From positions 83,576,001-83,640,000 of the forward strand of contig NC_043006.1 in the NCBI RefSeq assembly GCF_006345805.1: a stretch of DNA of 64,000 nucleotides, given 5' to 3'. Positions 52,119-64,000 of the stretch are shown in pieces; within the stretch, counting starts at the first letter, position 1, and the number at the start of each line of letters is the position of its first letter. The position numbers and the translations under genes are program-made. This DNA is from Octopus sinensis. Its lineage: Eukaryota. The notes under the pieces are model-generated. The model did no database searches and was not told where the DNA came from. It was given only the letters and a program-made list of their open reading frames with translations.

Positions 52119-55100
52119 ATAACGAAATTTAAATTTTCTAAAGGTTAGTTGCCCGTTTTCAGTTTCAATTTTCCTGTAACAAGCGGATTATAAGTGGATA
52201 AAACAGTGTATTTGGCTTTAGAATAACCCTCTTTAGCCCTTAATTATATGATGTATATTGCAACCGTAACGGTTTTTTTAAATATACTGCCCACGCTTCC
52301 TGATGAATTCCTTGCTGTAGAGTAAGGGACTTCATCCTATATTGCTTAGTAGTAAACTCGATGCTTGCTACAGGAGGACTGGTAACCATTACAATTTGTA
52401 GCGGCGAAAGGTCTGGACGTTGTTTTCTGAGGCTGACCAAAGAATTTTTATTTTTAGATATAAGTGATGTACTCAAGTGTAGTTATGTTTTTAGCTTGTG
52501 CTTTTTCCATGATCATACGTGAGTATTTTATTTATATCCCATCGAAAGTTCTACTGAAGAAGGAATATATCTTTTTTTTATAGATTAAGTCCGAAATTGA
52601 TTCAATATAGAGATAACGAAATTTAAATTTTCTCAAGGTTAGTTGCCCGTTTTCAGTTTCAATTTTCCTGTAACAAGCGGATTATAAGTGGATAAAACAG
52701 TGTATTTGGCTTTAGAATAACCCTCTTTAGCCCTTAATTATATGATGTATATTGCAACCGTAACGGTTTTTTTAAATATACTGCCCACGCTTCCTGATGA
52801 ATTCCTTTGCTGTAGAGTAAGGGACTTCATCCTATATTGCTTAGTAGTAAACTCGATGCTTGCTACAGGAGGACTGGTAACCATTACAATTTGTAGCGGC
52901 GAAAGGTCTGGACGTTGTTTTCTGAGGCTGACCAAAGAATTTTTATTTTTAGATATAAGTGATGTACTCAAGTGTAGTTATGTTTTTAGCTTGTGCTTTT
53001 TCCATGATCATACGTGAGTATTTTATTTATATCCCATCGAAAGTTCTACTGAAGAAGGAATATATCTTTTTTTATAAGATTAAGTCCGAAATTGATTCAA
53101 TATAGAGATAACGAAATTTAAATTTTCTAAAGGTTAGTTGCCCGTTTTCAGTTTCTATTTTCCTGTAACAAGCGGATTATAAGTGGATAAAACAGTGTAT
53201 TTGGCTTTAGAATAACCCTCTTTAGCCCTTAATTATATGATGTATATTGCAACCGTAACGGTTTTTTTAAATATCTACTGCCCACGCTTCCTGATGAATT
53301 CCTTTGCTGTAGAGTAAGGGACTTCATCCTATATTGCTTAGTAGTAAACTCGATGCTTGCTACAGGAGGACTGGTAACCATTACAATTTGTAGCGGCGAA
53401 AGGTCTGGACGTTGTTTTCTGAGGCTGACCAAAGAATTTTTATTTTTATATAAGTGATGTACTCAAGTGTAGTTATGTTTTTAGCTTGTGCTTTTTCCAT
53501 GATCATACGTGAGTATTTTATTTATATCCCATCGAAAGTTCTACTGAAGAAGGAATATCTTTTTTTATAAGATTAAGTCCGAAATTGATTCAATATAGAG
53601 ATAACGAAATTTAAATTTTCTAAAGGTTAGTTGCCCGTTTTCAGTTTCAATTTTCCTGTAACAAGCGGATTATAAGTGGATAAAACAGTGTATTTGGCTT
53701 TAGAATAACCCTCTTTAGCCCTTAATTATATGATGTATATTGCAACCGTAACGGTTTTTTTAAATATACTGCCCACGCTTCCTGATGAATTCCTTTGCTG
53801 TAGAGTAAGGGACTTCATCCTATATTGCTTAGTAGTAAACTCGATGCTTGCTACAGGAGGACTGGTAACCATTACAATTTGTAGCGGCGAAAGGTCTGGA
53901 CGTTGTTTTCTGAGGCTGACCAAAGAATTTTTATTTTTAGATATAAGTGATGTACTCAAGTAGTTTTATGTTTTTAGCTTGTGCTTTTTCCATGATCATA
54001 CGTGAGTATTTTATTTATATCCCATCGAAAGTTCTACTGAAGAAGGAATATATCTTTTTTTATAAGATTAAGTCCGAAATTGATTCAATATAGAGATAAC
54101 GAAATTTAAATTTTCTAAAGGTTAGTTGCCCGTTTTCAGTTTCAATTTTCCTGTAACAAGCGGATTATAAGTGGATAAAACAGTGTATTTGGCTTTAGAA
54201 TACCCTCTTTAGCCCTTAATTATATGATGTATATTGCAACCGTAACGGTTTTTTTAAATATACTGCCCACGCTTCCTGATGAATTCCTTTGCTGTAGAGT
54301 AAGGGACTTCATCCTATATTGCTTAGTAGTAAACTCGATGCTTGCTACAGGAGGACTGGTAACCATTACAATTTGTAGCGGCGAAAGGTCTGGACGTTGT
54401 TTTCTGAGGCTGACCAAAGAATTTTTATTTTTAGATATAAGTGATGTACTCAAGTGTAGTTATGTTTTTAGCTTGTGCTTTTTCCATGATCATACGTGAG
54501 TATTTTATTTATATCCCATCGAAAGTTCTACTGAAGAAGGAATATATCTTTTTTTATAAGATTAAGTCCGAAATTGATTCAATATAGAGATAACGAAATT
54601 TAAATTTTCTAAAGGTTAGTTGCCCGTTTTCAGTTTCTATTTTCCTGTAACAAGCGGATTATAAGTGGATAAAACAGTGTATTTGGCTTTAGAATAACCC
54701 TCTTTAGCCCTTAATTATATGATGTATATTGCAACCGTAACGGTTTTTTTAAATATACTGCCCACGCTTCCTGATGAATTCCTTTGCTGTAGAGTAAGGA
54801 CTTCATCCTATATTGCTTAGTAGTAAACTCGATGCTTGCTACAGGAGGACTGGTAACCATTACAATTTGTAGCGGCGAAAGGTCTGGACGTTGTTTTCTG
54901 AGGCTGACCAAAGAATTTTTATTTTTAGATATAAGTGATGTACTCAAGTGTAGTTATGTTTTTAGCTTGTGCTTTTTCCATGATCATACGTGAGTATTTT
55001 ATTTATATCCCATCGAAAGTTCTACTGAAGAAGGATATATCTTTTTTTATAAGATTAAGTCCGAAATTGATTCAATATAGAGATAACGAAATTTAAATTT

Positions 55101-58100
55101 TCTAAAGGTTAGTTGCCCGTTTTCAGTTTCAATTTTCCTGTAACAAGCGGATTATAAGTGGATAAAACAGTGTATTTGGCTTTAGAATAACCCTCTTTAG
55201 CCCTTAATTATATGATGTATATTGCAACCGTAACGGTTTTTTTAAATATACTGCCCACGCTTCCTGATGAATTCCTTTGCTGTAGAGTAAGGGACTTCAT
55301 CCTATATTGCTTAGTAGTAAACTCGATGCTTGCTACAGGAGGACTGGTAACCATTACAATTTGTAGCGGCGAAAGGTCTGGACGTTGTTTTCTGAGGCTG
55401 ACCAAAGAATTTTTATTTTTAGATATAAGTGATGTACTCAAGTGTGTTTATGTTTTTTAGCTTGTGCTTTTTCCATGATCATACGTGAGTATTTTATTTA
55501 TATCCCATCGAAAGTTCTACTGAAGAAGGAATATATCTTTTTTTATAAGATTAAGTCCGAAATTGATTCAATATAGAGATAACGAAATTTAAATTTTCTA
55601 AAGGTTAGTTGCCCGTCTTCAGTTTTATTTTCCTGTAACAAGCGGATTATAAGTGGATAAAACAGTGTATTTGGCTTTAGAATAACCCTCTTTAGCCCTT
55701 AATTATATGATGTATATTGCAACCGTAACGGTTTTTTTTAAATATACTGCCCACGCTTCCTGATGAATTCCTTTGCTGTAGAGTAAGGGACTTCATCCTA
55801 TATTGCTTAGTAGTAAACTCGATGCTTGCTACAGGAGGACTGGTAACCATTACAATTTGTAGCGGCGAAAGGTCTGGACGTTGTTTTCTGAGGCTGACCA
55901 AAGAATTTTTATTTTTAGATATAAGTGATGTACTCAAGTGTAGTTATGTTTTTAGCTTGTGCTTTTTCCATGATCATACGTGAGTATTTTATTTATATCC
56001 CATCGAAAGTTCTACTGAAGAAGGAATATATCTTTTTTATAAGATTAAGTCCGAAATTGATTCAATATAGAGATAACGAAATTTAAATTTTCTAAAGGTT
56101 AGTTGCCCGTCTTCAGTTTCTATTTTCCTGTAACAAGCGGATTATAAGTGGATAAAACAGTGTATTTGGCTTTAGAATAACCCTCTTTAGCCCTTAATTA
56201 TATGATGTATATTGCAACCGTAACGGTTTTTTTAAATATACTGCCCACGCTTCCTGATGAATTCCTTTGCTGTAGAGTAAGGGACTTCATCCTATATTGC
56301 TTAGTAGTAAACTCGATGCTTGCTACAGGAGGACTGGTAACCATTACAATTTGTAGCGGCGAAAGGTCTGGACGTTGTTTTCTGAGGCTGACCAAAGAAT
56401 TTTTATTTTTAGATATAAGTGATGTACTCAAGTGTAGTTATGTTTTTAGCTTGTGCTTTTTCCATGATCATACGTGAGTATTTTATTTATATCCCATCGA
56501 AAGTTCTACTGAAGAAGGAATATATCTTTTTTTATAAGATTAAGTCCGAAATTGATTCAATATAGAGATAACGAAATTTAAATTTTCTAAAGGTTAGTTG
56601 CCCGTTTTCAGTTTCAATTTTCCTGTAACAAGCGGATTATAAGTGGATAAAACAGTGTATTTGGCTTTAGAATAACCCTCTTTAGCCCTTAATTATATGA
56701 TGTATATTGCAACCGTAACGGTTTTTTTAAATATACTGCCCACGCTTCCTGATGAATTCCTTTGCTGTAGAGTAAGGGACTTCATCCTATATTGCTTAGT
56801 AGTAAACTCGATGCTTGCTACAGGAGGACTGGTAACCATTACAATTTGTAGCGGCGAAAGGTCTGGACGTTGTTTTCTGAGGCTGACCAAAGATTTTTTA
56901 TTTTTAGATATAAGTGATGTACTCAAGTGTAGTTATGTTTTTAGCTTGTGCTTTTTCCATGATCATACGTGAGTATTTTATTTATATCCCATCGAAAGTT
57001 CTACTGAAGAAGGAATATATTTTTTTATAAGATTAAGTCCGAAATTGATTCAATATAGAGATAACGAAATTTAAATTTTCTAAGGTTAGTTGCCCGTTTT
57101 CAGTTTCAATTTTCCTGTAACAAGCGGATTATAAGTGGATAAAACAGTGTATTTGGCTTTAGAATAACCCTCTTTAGCCCTTAATTATATGATGTATATT
57201 GCAACCGTAACGGTTTTTTTAATATACTGCCCACGCTTCCTGATGAATTCCTTTGCTGTAGAGTAAGGGACTTCATCCTATATTGCTTAGTAGTAAACTC
57301 GATGCTTGCTACAGGAGGACTGGTAACCATTACAATTTGTAGCGGCGGCGAAAGGTCTGGACGTTGTTTTCTGAGGCTGACCAAAGAATTTTTATTTTTA
57401 GATATAAGTGATGTACTCAAGTGTAGTTATGTTTTTAGCTTGTGCTTTTTCCATGATCATACGTGAGTATTTTATTTATATCCCATCGAAAGTTCTACTG
57501 AAGAAGGAATATATCTTTTTTTATAAGATTAAGTCCGAAATTGATTCAATATAGAGATAACGAAATTTAAATTTTCTAAAGTTAGTTGCCCGTTTTCAGT
57601 TTCTATTTTCCTGTAACAAGCGGATTATAAGTGGATAAAACAGTGTATTTGGCTTTAGAATAACCCTCTTTAGCCCTTAATTAATTTATATTAACCGTAT
57701 TCCCGTTTTAACTTTTTATATACTGCCCACGCTTCCTGATGAATTCCTTTGCTGTAGAGTAAGGGACTTCATCCTATATTGCTTAGTAGTAAACTCGATG
57801 CTTGCTACAGGAGGACTGGTAACCATTACAATTGTAGTAGCGGCGAAAGTCTGGACGTTGTTTTCTGAGGCTGACCAAAGAATTTTTATTTTTAGATATA
57901 AGTGATGTATTAAGTGTTTTTAGCTTGTGCTTTTTCCATGATCATACGTGAGTATTTTATTTATATCCCATCGAAAGTTCTACTGAAGAAGGAAATATCT
58001 TTTTTATAAGATTAAGTCCGAAATTGATTCAATATAGAGATAACGAAATTTAAATTTTCTAAAGGTTAGTTGCCCGTTTTCAGTTTCAATTTTCCTGTAA

Positions 58101-60233
58101 CAAGCGGATTATAAGTGGATAAAACAGTGTATTTGGCTTTAGAATAACCCTCTTTAGCCCTTAATTATATGATGTATATTGCAACCGTAACGGTTTTTTT
58201 AAATATACTGCCCACGCTTCCTGATGAATTCCTTTGCTGTAGAGTAAGGGACTTCATCCTATATTGCTTAGTAGTAAACTCGATGCTTGCTACAGAGGAG
58301 GACTGGTAACCATTACAATTTGTAGCGGCGAAAGGTCTGGACGTTGTTTTCTGAGGCTGACCAAAGAATTTTTATTTTTAGATATAAGTGATGTACTCAA
58401 GTGTAGTTATGTTTTTAGCTTGTGCTTTTTCCATGATCATACGTGAGTATTTTATTTATATCCCATCGAAAGTTCTACTGAAGAAGGAATATATCTTTTT
58501 TTATAAGATTAAGTCCGAAATTGATTCAATATAGAGATAACGAAATTTAATTTTCTAAAGGTTAGTTGCCCGTCTTCAGTTTCTATTTCCTTGTCCTGTA
58601 ACAAGCGGATTATAAGTGGATAAAACCTGTATTTTGGCTTTAGAATAACCCTCTTTAGCCCTTAATTATATGATGTTATTTGCAACCGTAACGGTTTTTT
58701 TAAATATACTGCCCACCTTTCCTGATTCCTTGAACTCCTTTGCTGTAGAGTAAGGGACTTCATCCTATATTGCTTAGTAGTAAACTCTGATATGCTTGCT
58801 ACAGGAGGACTGGTAACCATTACACAATTTTGGTAGCGGCGAAAGGTCTGGACGTTTTGTTTTTTCTGAGGCTGACCAAAGAATTTTTATTTTTATGAGA
58901 TATAAGTGTATGTTTTGACTCAAGTGTAGTTATGTTTTTAGCTTGTGCTTTTTCCATGATCATACGTGAGTATTTTATTTATTATACCCATCGAAAGTTC
59001 TACTGAAGAAGGAATATATTTTCTTTTTTATAAAGATTGTTAATGTCCGAAATTGATTTTAATTAATAGAGAAATTTAAATTTTTTAAGTTTTTTTTCCA
59101 TTTCGTAACTTCTTAAAGCGGTAACCTTCATTTATACAGTTGGATAAAAACTAGTGTATATTTTGGCTTATTAAACCTAACCTTTGTTTTAAGTCCCGGC
59201 CCTTTCCTTAAATATCCTGCCTGTAATTGAGTAAGGGAATCTCATCCTATATTCTCGATCTGCTTGCTTGCAACAGGAGGACTGGTAACCATTACAATTT
59301 GTAGCGGCGAAAGTCTGACCGTTGTTTTCTGAGGCTGACCAAAGAATTTTTATTTTTAGATATAATGTGATGTACTCAAGTGTAGTTATGTTTTTAGCTT
59401 GTGCTTTTTCCATGATCATACGTGAGTATTTTATTTATATCCCATCGAAAGTTCTACTGAAGAAGGAATATATCTTTTTTTATAAGATTAAGTCCGAAAT
59501 TGATTCAATATAGAGATAACGAAATTTAAATTTTCTAAAGGTTAGTTGCCCGTTTTCAGTTTCTATTTTCCTGTAACAAGCGGATTATAAGTGGATAAAA
59601 CAGTGTATTTGGCTTTAGAATAACCCTCTTTAGCCCTTAATTATATGATGTATATTGCAACCGTAACGGTTTTTTTAAATATACTGCCCACGCTTCCTGA
59701 TGAATTCCTTTGCTGTAGAGTAAGGGACTTCATCCTATATTGCTTAGTAGTAAACTCGATGCTTGCTACAGGAGGACTGGTAACCATTACAATTTGTAGC
59801 GGCGAAAGGTCTGGACGTTGTTTTCTGAGGCTGACCAAAGAATTTTTATTTTTAGATATAAGTGATGTACTCAAGTGTAGTTATGTTTTTAGCTTGTGCT
59901 TTTTCCATGATCATACGTGAGTATTTTATTTATATCCCATCGAAAGTTCTACTGAAGAAGGAATATATCTTTTTTTATAAGATTAAGTCCGAAATTGATT
60001 CAATATAGAGATAACGAAATTTTCTAAAGGTTAGTTGCCCGTTTTCAGTTTCAATTTTCCTGTAACAAGCGGATTATAAGTGGATAAAACAGTGTATTTG
60101 GCTTTAGAATAACCCTCTTTAGCCCTTAATTATATGATGTATATTGCAACCGTAACGGTTTTTTAAATATACTGCCCACGCTTCCTGATGAATTCCTTTG
60201 CTGTAGAGTAAGGGACTTCATCCTATATTGCTT

Positions 60234-60273
<40 letters not shown>

Positions 60274-60285
60274 CACACATATATA

Positions 60286-60370
60286 CGACGGGCTTCTTTC
60301 AGTTTCCGTCTACCAAATCCACTCACAAGGCTTTGGTCGGCTCGAGGCTATAGTAGAAGACACTTGCCCC
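60286..60370 (-). mobile_element. SINE family B, right part (continues 49,270-49,500)
   Basis: gacgggcttctttcagtttccgtctaccaaatccactcacaagg... is what follows the internal (TA)n in the intact copy at ~33,343. Confidence 0.8.
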
Positions 60371-60789
60371 AATAGGGAGAAACTTTTTTTTTTTAAATAA
60401 ATAAGAAGATTTAATCCATGTTTTTCAAACGTCTTGCGCCACCCAACACAGTGGTTTCAGAACAACAACCACCACTAAAATGGTTTTATTTCCGTATCTA
60501 TTTATATATTTCTGCGCCTTAGACTTTCTTTTTCACATCTTTTTATGCAACGTTTCAGACGTGCGAATTGCATTTGACAGTTCAGCTCTGTGGAGAGGAC
60601 GAAAACACAATGTCCAGCTCTCACTCATGATGTCATAGACTTTTACTTTTTTGCTTCGTTTTATCGCATACCACATTTTGCAACAAATGGGGAAATTCCG
60701 ACTTACGTTACACACTTATTCCCAAAGTCCGCCGTGTTAAACTCTATTCATCCTGTTAGTTTTATCAAACTTACTATTTATACTTAATA

Positions 60790-61545
60790 ATGGTTTCAAA
60801 TTTTGGCACAAGGCCAGCAATTTCGTATGAGAGGTTAAGAAAATTATATCGATCCCGAAAAGATGAAAAGGCTAAGGCGTCCCCGCCGGCATTTGAATTC
60901 AGAAAGTAAAGTTGGAAGTAATGCCGCTGGGTATTTTGCCCGATATGATAATGATTCTGCCAACTTGCTGTTTAATAATCCTTTCAACAATAGGCACAAG
61001 GCCTGAAGTTGAGGTGGGGGCAGGGGTCTAGTCGATTGCATCAAACCCTCGAAAGGATGAAAGGCAAAGTCGACCTCGGCGGAATTTGAATTCAGAACGT
61101 AAGGACGAACGAAATGCCGTTAAGCATTTCGTCCGGTGTTCTAACGATTCTGCCAGCTCGCCGCCTTATTTATATTTAATAATCATTTCCACTAAAGGCA
61201 TGGGGTCTGAAATTTGAGGGAAGAGGGCTAGACTATAGCATCGACCCCAGTACAGGACTGGTCCCTATTTTATCGAACCTGAAAGGATGAAAGGCAAAGT
61301 CGACCTCGGCGGAATTTGAACTTAAAACGTAAGATCGGACAAAATGCTGCTAAGCATTTCACCCGGCGTGCTAACGATTCTGCCAGCTCGCTGCCATCTA
61401 TTTATACTTAATAATCCTTTCTACTATAGGCACAAGGCCTGAAATTTTGTGGGAGGTGACCAATCGATTACTTAATTTATCGACCCCGAAAGGATGAAAG
61501 ATAAAGTCGACCTTGGCGGAATTTGCACTCAGAACGTAGCGACAG
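60790..61545 (-). mobile_element. Cluster of about four SINE family A copies
   Basis: Repeated gaaaggatgaaaggcaaagtcgacctcggcggaatttgaa...ttctgccagctcgccgcc. Confidence 0.85.
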
Positions 61546-61793
61546 GTGGAATACTTAATAATATTACATGTTTATAACCGATCATTTCGTTCCATGTGAA
61601 AGAAAGAAAGAAAGAAAGAAAGAAAGACATACTAATATTTGACATATTTCTCGTGTTTCTCGGTCATTAAACAAAATTTCTCAAAAAGTCAAATGTTTCT
61701 ATAATTTTCTTTTCATATTTTCAAGTTTTAGAATCTTTTTCGTTTCTTTCTCTTTCATAACTATTGAAGGAAGCATTTCAGTCTTATCAGGAA

Positions 61794-62020
61794 CTAGCAG
61801 AGATACCCGGCGTTGCCCGTGTTACATACAATTGAAGAATTAGACTTTTCTGTTATATTTTCTCTAATGAACTGGAATATCTATGTTTCGAATTTCATCA
61901 GAATTGCAGATGCGGGTTATTTCCCTCTTTACAGACCCCCCCCCCAAAAAAAAATTGTAATCGTGCCACATATATCCCATATTACTGATTTTTATGCGCA
62001 TATTCGAAAATTCCAGTTTT
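61794..62020 (-). mobile_element. Helitron-like 3' end fragment
   Basis: aCTAGcagagataCCCGGCGTTGCCCG has the same terminal pattern as 48,146; far end unclear. Confidence 0.5.
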
Positions 62021-62681
62021 ATTGAACCTGTTTAAAAGATTTTGCTCCTGAAAAATGAAGGTCATGGAGCTCTAAAATGTGAGAGTTAAGGCCCCTGTTG
62101 GGGGTGGGCATCTTAATATCAACCACAGAAGTTGAATTGTTGAGAATCTTTTTCACTTGGGTCTTATATCTATTGTTTGAATTTCTTTGAAATAGGAAAT
62201 ATATGTTCACTGGGTTTGTAAAAAAGAGCAAAGCTACAGAAAACCAAAAGACGAATGATCACAATAAGCAGTCAGCTACAGTACCCTAGACGTTACCACT
62301 CCCAATGTAGGATTCCTCACCATCCAGGTGACAGGCACAGCAGTAAGATGCATTACGAATCTATAGCAATTGGAAGGGCGTGACCCAACTGAAATAAACA
62401 TTAACAACTATCTGACGTGAGGGCTAAGGAGAAATGAAAGTTGCAGTTTGCAAATGACCACTATACTGATATGTAACTGGACAGAATAAATTTACAATCT
62501 ATAAATGTCTTTGAATAACCAGTCAATCATCTGGGAAGGCCTTGAAATTAATGTTACCATGTAGGGACTATGTGTGATCCAGTGATAATAAAAAGACTGA
62601 AAGATAATTCAGCGAAAAAAAAAATGTTAATTGCTAATCTTAAATTGCGCTCTCCCAAGCACATAACCGCATACCATCTAC

Positions 62682-62830
62682 TACCACTACTACTACTACT
62701 ACTACTGCTACCACCACCACCACCACTACAACTACTAGTACCACCACCACCTCCACTACTACTATTACTAGTGATTCCACCACCATCACTAACACTACCA
62801 CCACTGCCATTACTACTACTACTGCTACTG
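62682..62830. repeat. (CTA)/(CCA) trinucleotide low-complexity tract
   Basis: Directly visible; it produces the spurious poly-S/G/L/V ORFs. Confidence 0.9.
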
Positions 62831-63067
62831 TGAAGATGCGTGGCGCAGGTTCGATTCTCTGACCAGACCACATATTCTATTCTTGAACAAAGCACTTCAC
62901 TTCGCGTTACTTTAATGCAGCAACAGCTGGTGCTGCCAGTGGATTAGGGACTGTATCTGAGACCTTCGTCTAAAAGATCTGGTTAGACACTGTAGTGGTT
63001 AATTTTGGTGAAGGTGGTTCAAGGGAAGGCCGCAATTCGTTGACGGGGTCACCAAATGTAGTGTATA

Positions 63068-63484
63068 TGTGTATCATGGAAAACAGATGCAAATGGAATG
63101 AGTATGTCTTTCCAGCTGTCACGATTTATTATAAATACGGAGGTGAAACAGGAAAAGCAGGTAGACAAACGAGAAAGGTCTACGACACGACAGAAGGTTT
63201 TGGCAGAGCGCAGAGACCGAGAGAAATGTTCCAAGTGCCACGATAGACTACTGTCTCAAATGAACTACGCACACACACAAACATATTCATTCCTGATATG
63301 ACTTCCACAAATGTACTCTATTTATATTTCCAGCAACTCGTAGCAGTTGCCAACATTTTGTATGTAGTGAAGAATTAAGTGTCAAGTCCAGTGAATAAAT
63401 TATTTTTAATTATGGATCGGTTCACGTATTTGTTTACTTTAAAGACATACACATTCCATTTGCATCTGTTTTCCATAATACACA
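63068..63484. mobile_element. MITE-like element with 44-bp inverted repeats
   Basis: 63,068-63,111 matches the reverse complement of 63,441-63,484 at 42 of 44 positions; the true termini may extend further out. Confidence 0.65.
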
Positions 63485-63589
63485 CCTAACCACTACAACA
63501 CCATGGAAACCGTGTACAAAACCTGATGTAATGGGCCTTTACGCTCATTTTCCACCCACCTATCTATCTTCTCTGTTTAATATTCCTGG

Positions 63590-64000
63590 GAGAGTCGTAA
63601 GGGCAGACTCCTCAGGAGTCTTATCATAATGGCAACGGCCATTACACTTTTCGGATGGATTCCCAAACGGGACGAACTGAAACTACGGATATCATCTAAC
63701 CATCCCGTTCTTGGTCTACTTCAAGGTTTCCAACCGGTCGGCTCGACTTGAAGAATCTGTCTTGCAATTCGCTCCTGTAACATTCTGTTCACATGTCCGT
63801 AACACTAAAGTTGTGACCTCCCAATGCGGAAACGCAGTAGCTCAACCTGAAGAGACTCCCTGATCTCCGTGCTATGTTCCTTGTCGAGTAACATTAACCC
63901 AGAGTTCTTTAGGAGGAACCCCACTTTGACCGCTTGTATTCTCGACCGTACTGTTTCGGTCATTACCCAACGTTCATGATTTTAGGTGAGGATAAGCACG
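63590..64000 (-). mobile_element. Degraded RTE-clade (Expander/Rex3-like) LINE fragment
   Basis: Minus translation HERWVMTETVRSRIQAV...EIRESLQVE...IGRSQL*CYGHVNRM...SRPRTGW with in-frame stops. Confidence 0.75.

Larger units (their letters stand above)
50895..60237. repeat. 495-bp tandem array: ~1.4 inverted units (50,895-51,571) followed by ~17.5 direct units (51,571-60,237); hammerhead-bearing, retrozyme-like
   Basis: The CTGAAGA core recurs at 52060, 52554, 53049, 53544, 54037, 54531, 55025, 55520, 56015, 56509, 57004, 57498, 57983, 58478, 59003, 59457 and 59952; (TA)n on both flanks. Confidence 0.97.

Noticed and set aside
50895-60237. Array as a CRISPR array, rDNA or snRNA gene cluster
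   Set aside because: Whole units are near-identical with no unique spacers, and I recognise no 5S, tRNA or snRNA sequence.

Overview
AT-rich, microsatellite- and SINE-dense animal genomic DNA. An octopod cephalopod origin is inferred from the repeat style and is not proven. Positions 1-34,460 hold the 3' half of a + strand FHOD-family formin gene (FH2 domain to C-terminal DAD) in 11 GT-AG exons whose phases chain to a stop at 34,460. Its introns contain several frame-preserving candidate microexons (9, 30, 21 and 6 nt). The downstream region is transposon debris: tRNA-type SINEs, RTE and CR1 LINE fragments, Helitron-like elements and a MITE. The standout is a ~9.3 kb array (50,895-60,237) of a 495-bp unit in which essentially every copy folds into a type I hammerhead ribozyme. 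The array has an inverted, fold-back 5' segment and sits beside a truncated RTE LINE inside the (TA)n tract of one split SINE. This architecture fits a retrozyme / Penelope-associated self-cleaving circular-RNA element. Two more unrelated hammerheads lie nearby on the - strand (45,842-45,898 and 46,190-46,275). Repeat boundaries are approximate and all folds were made by eye.
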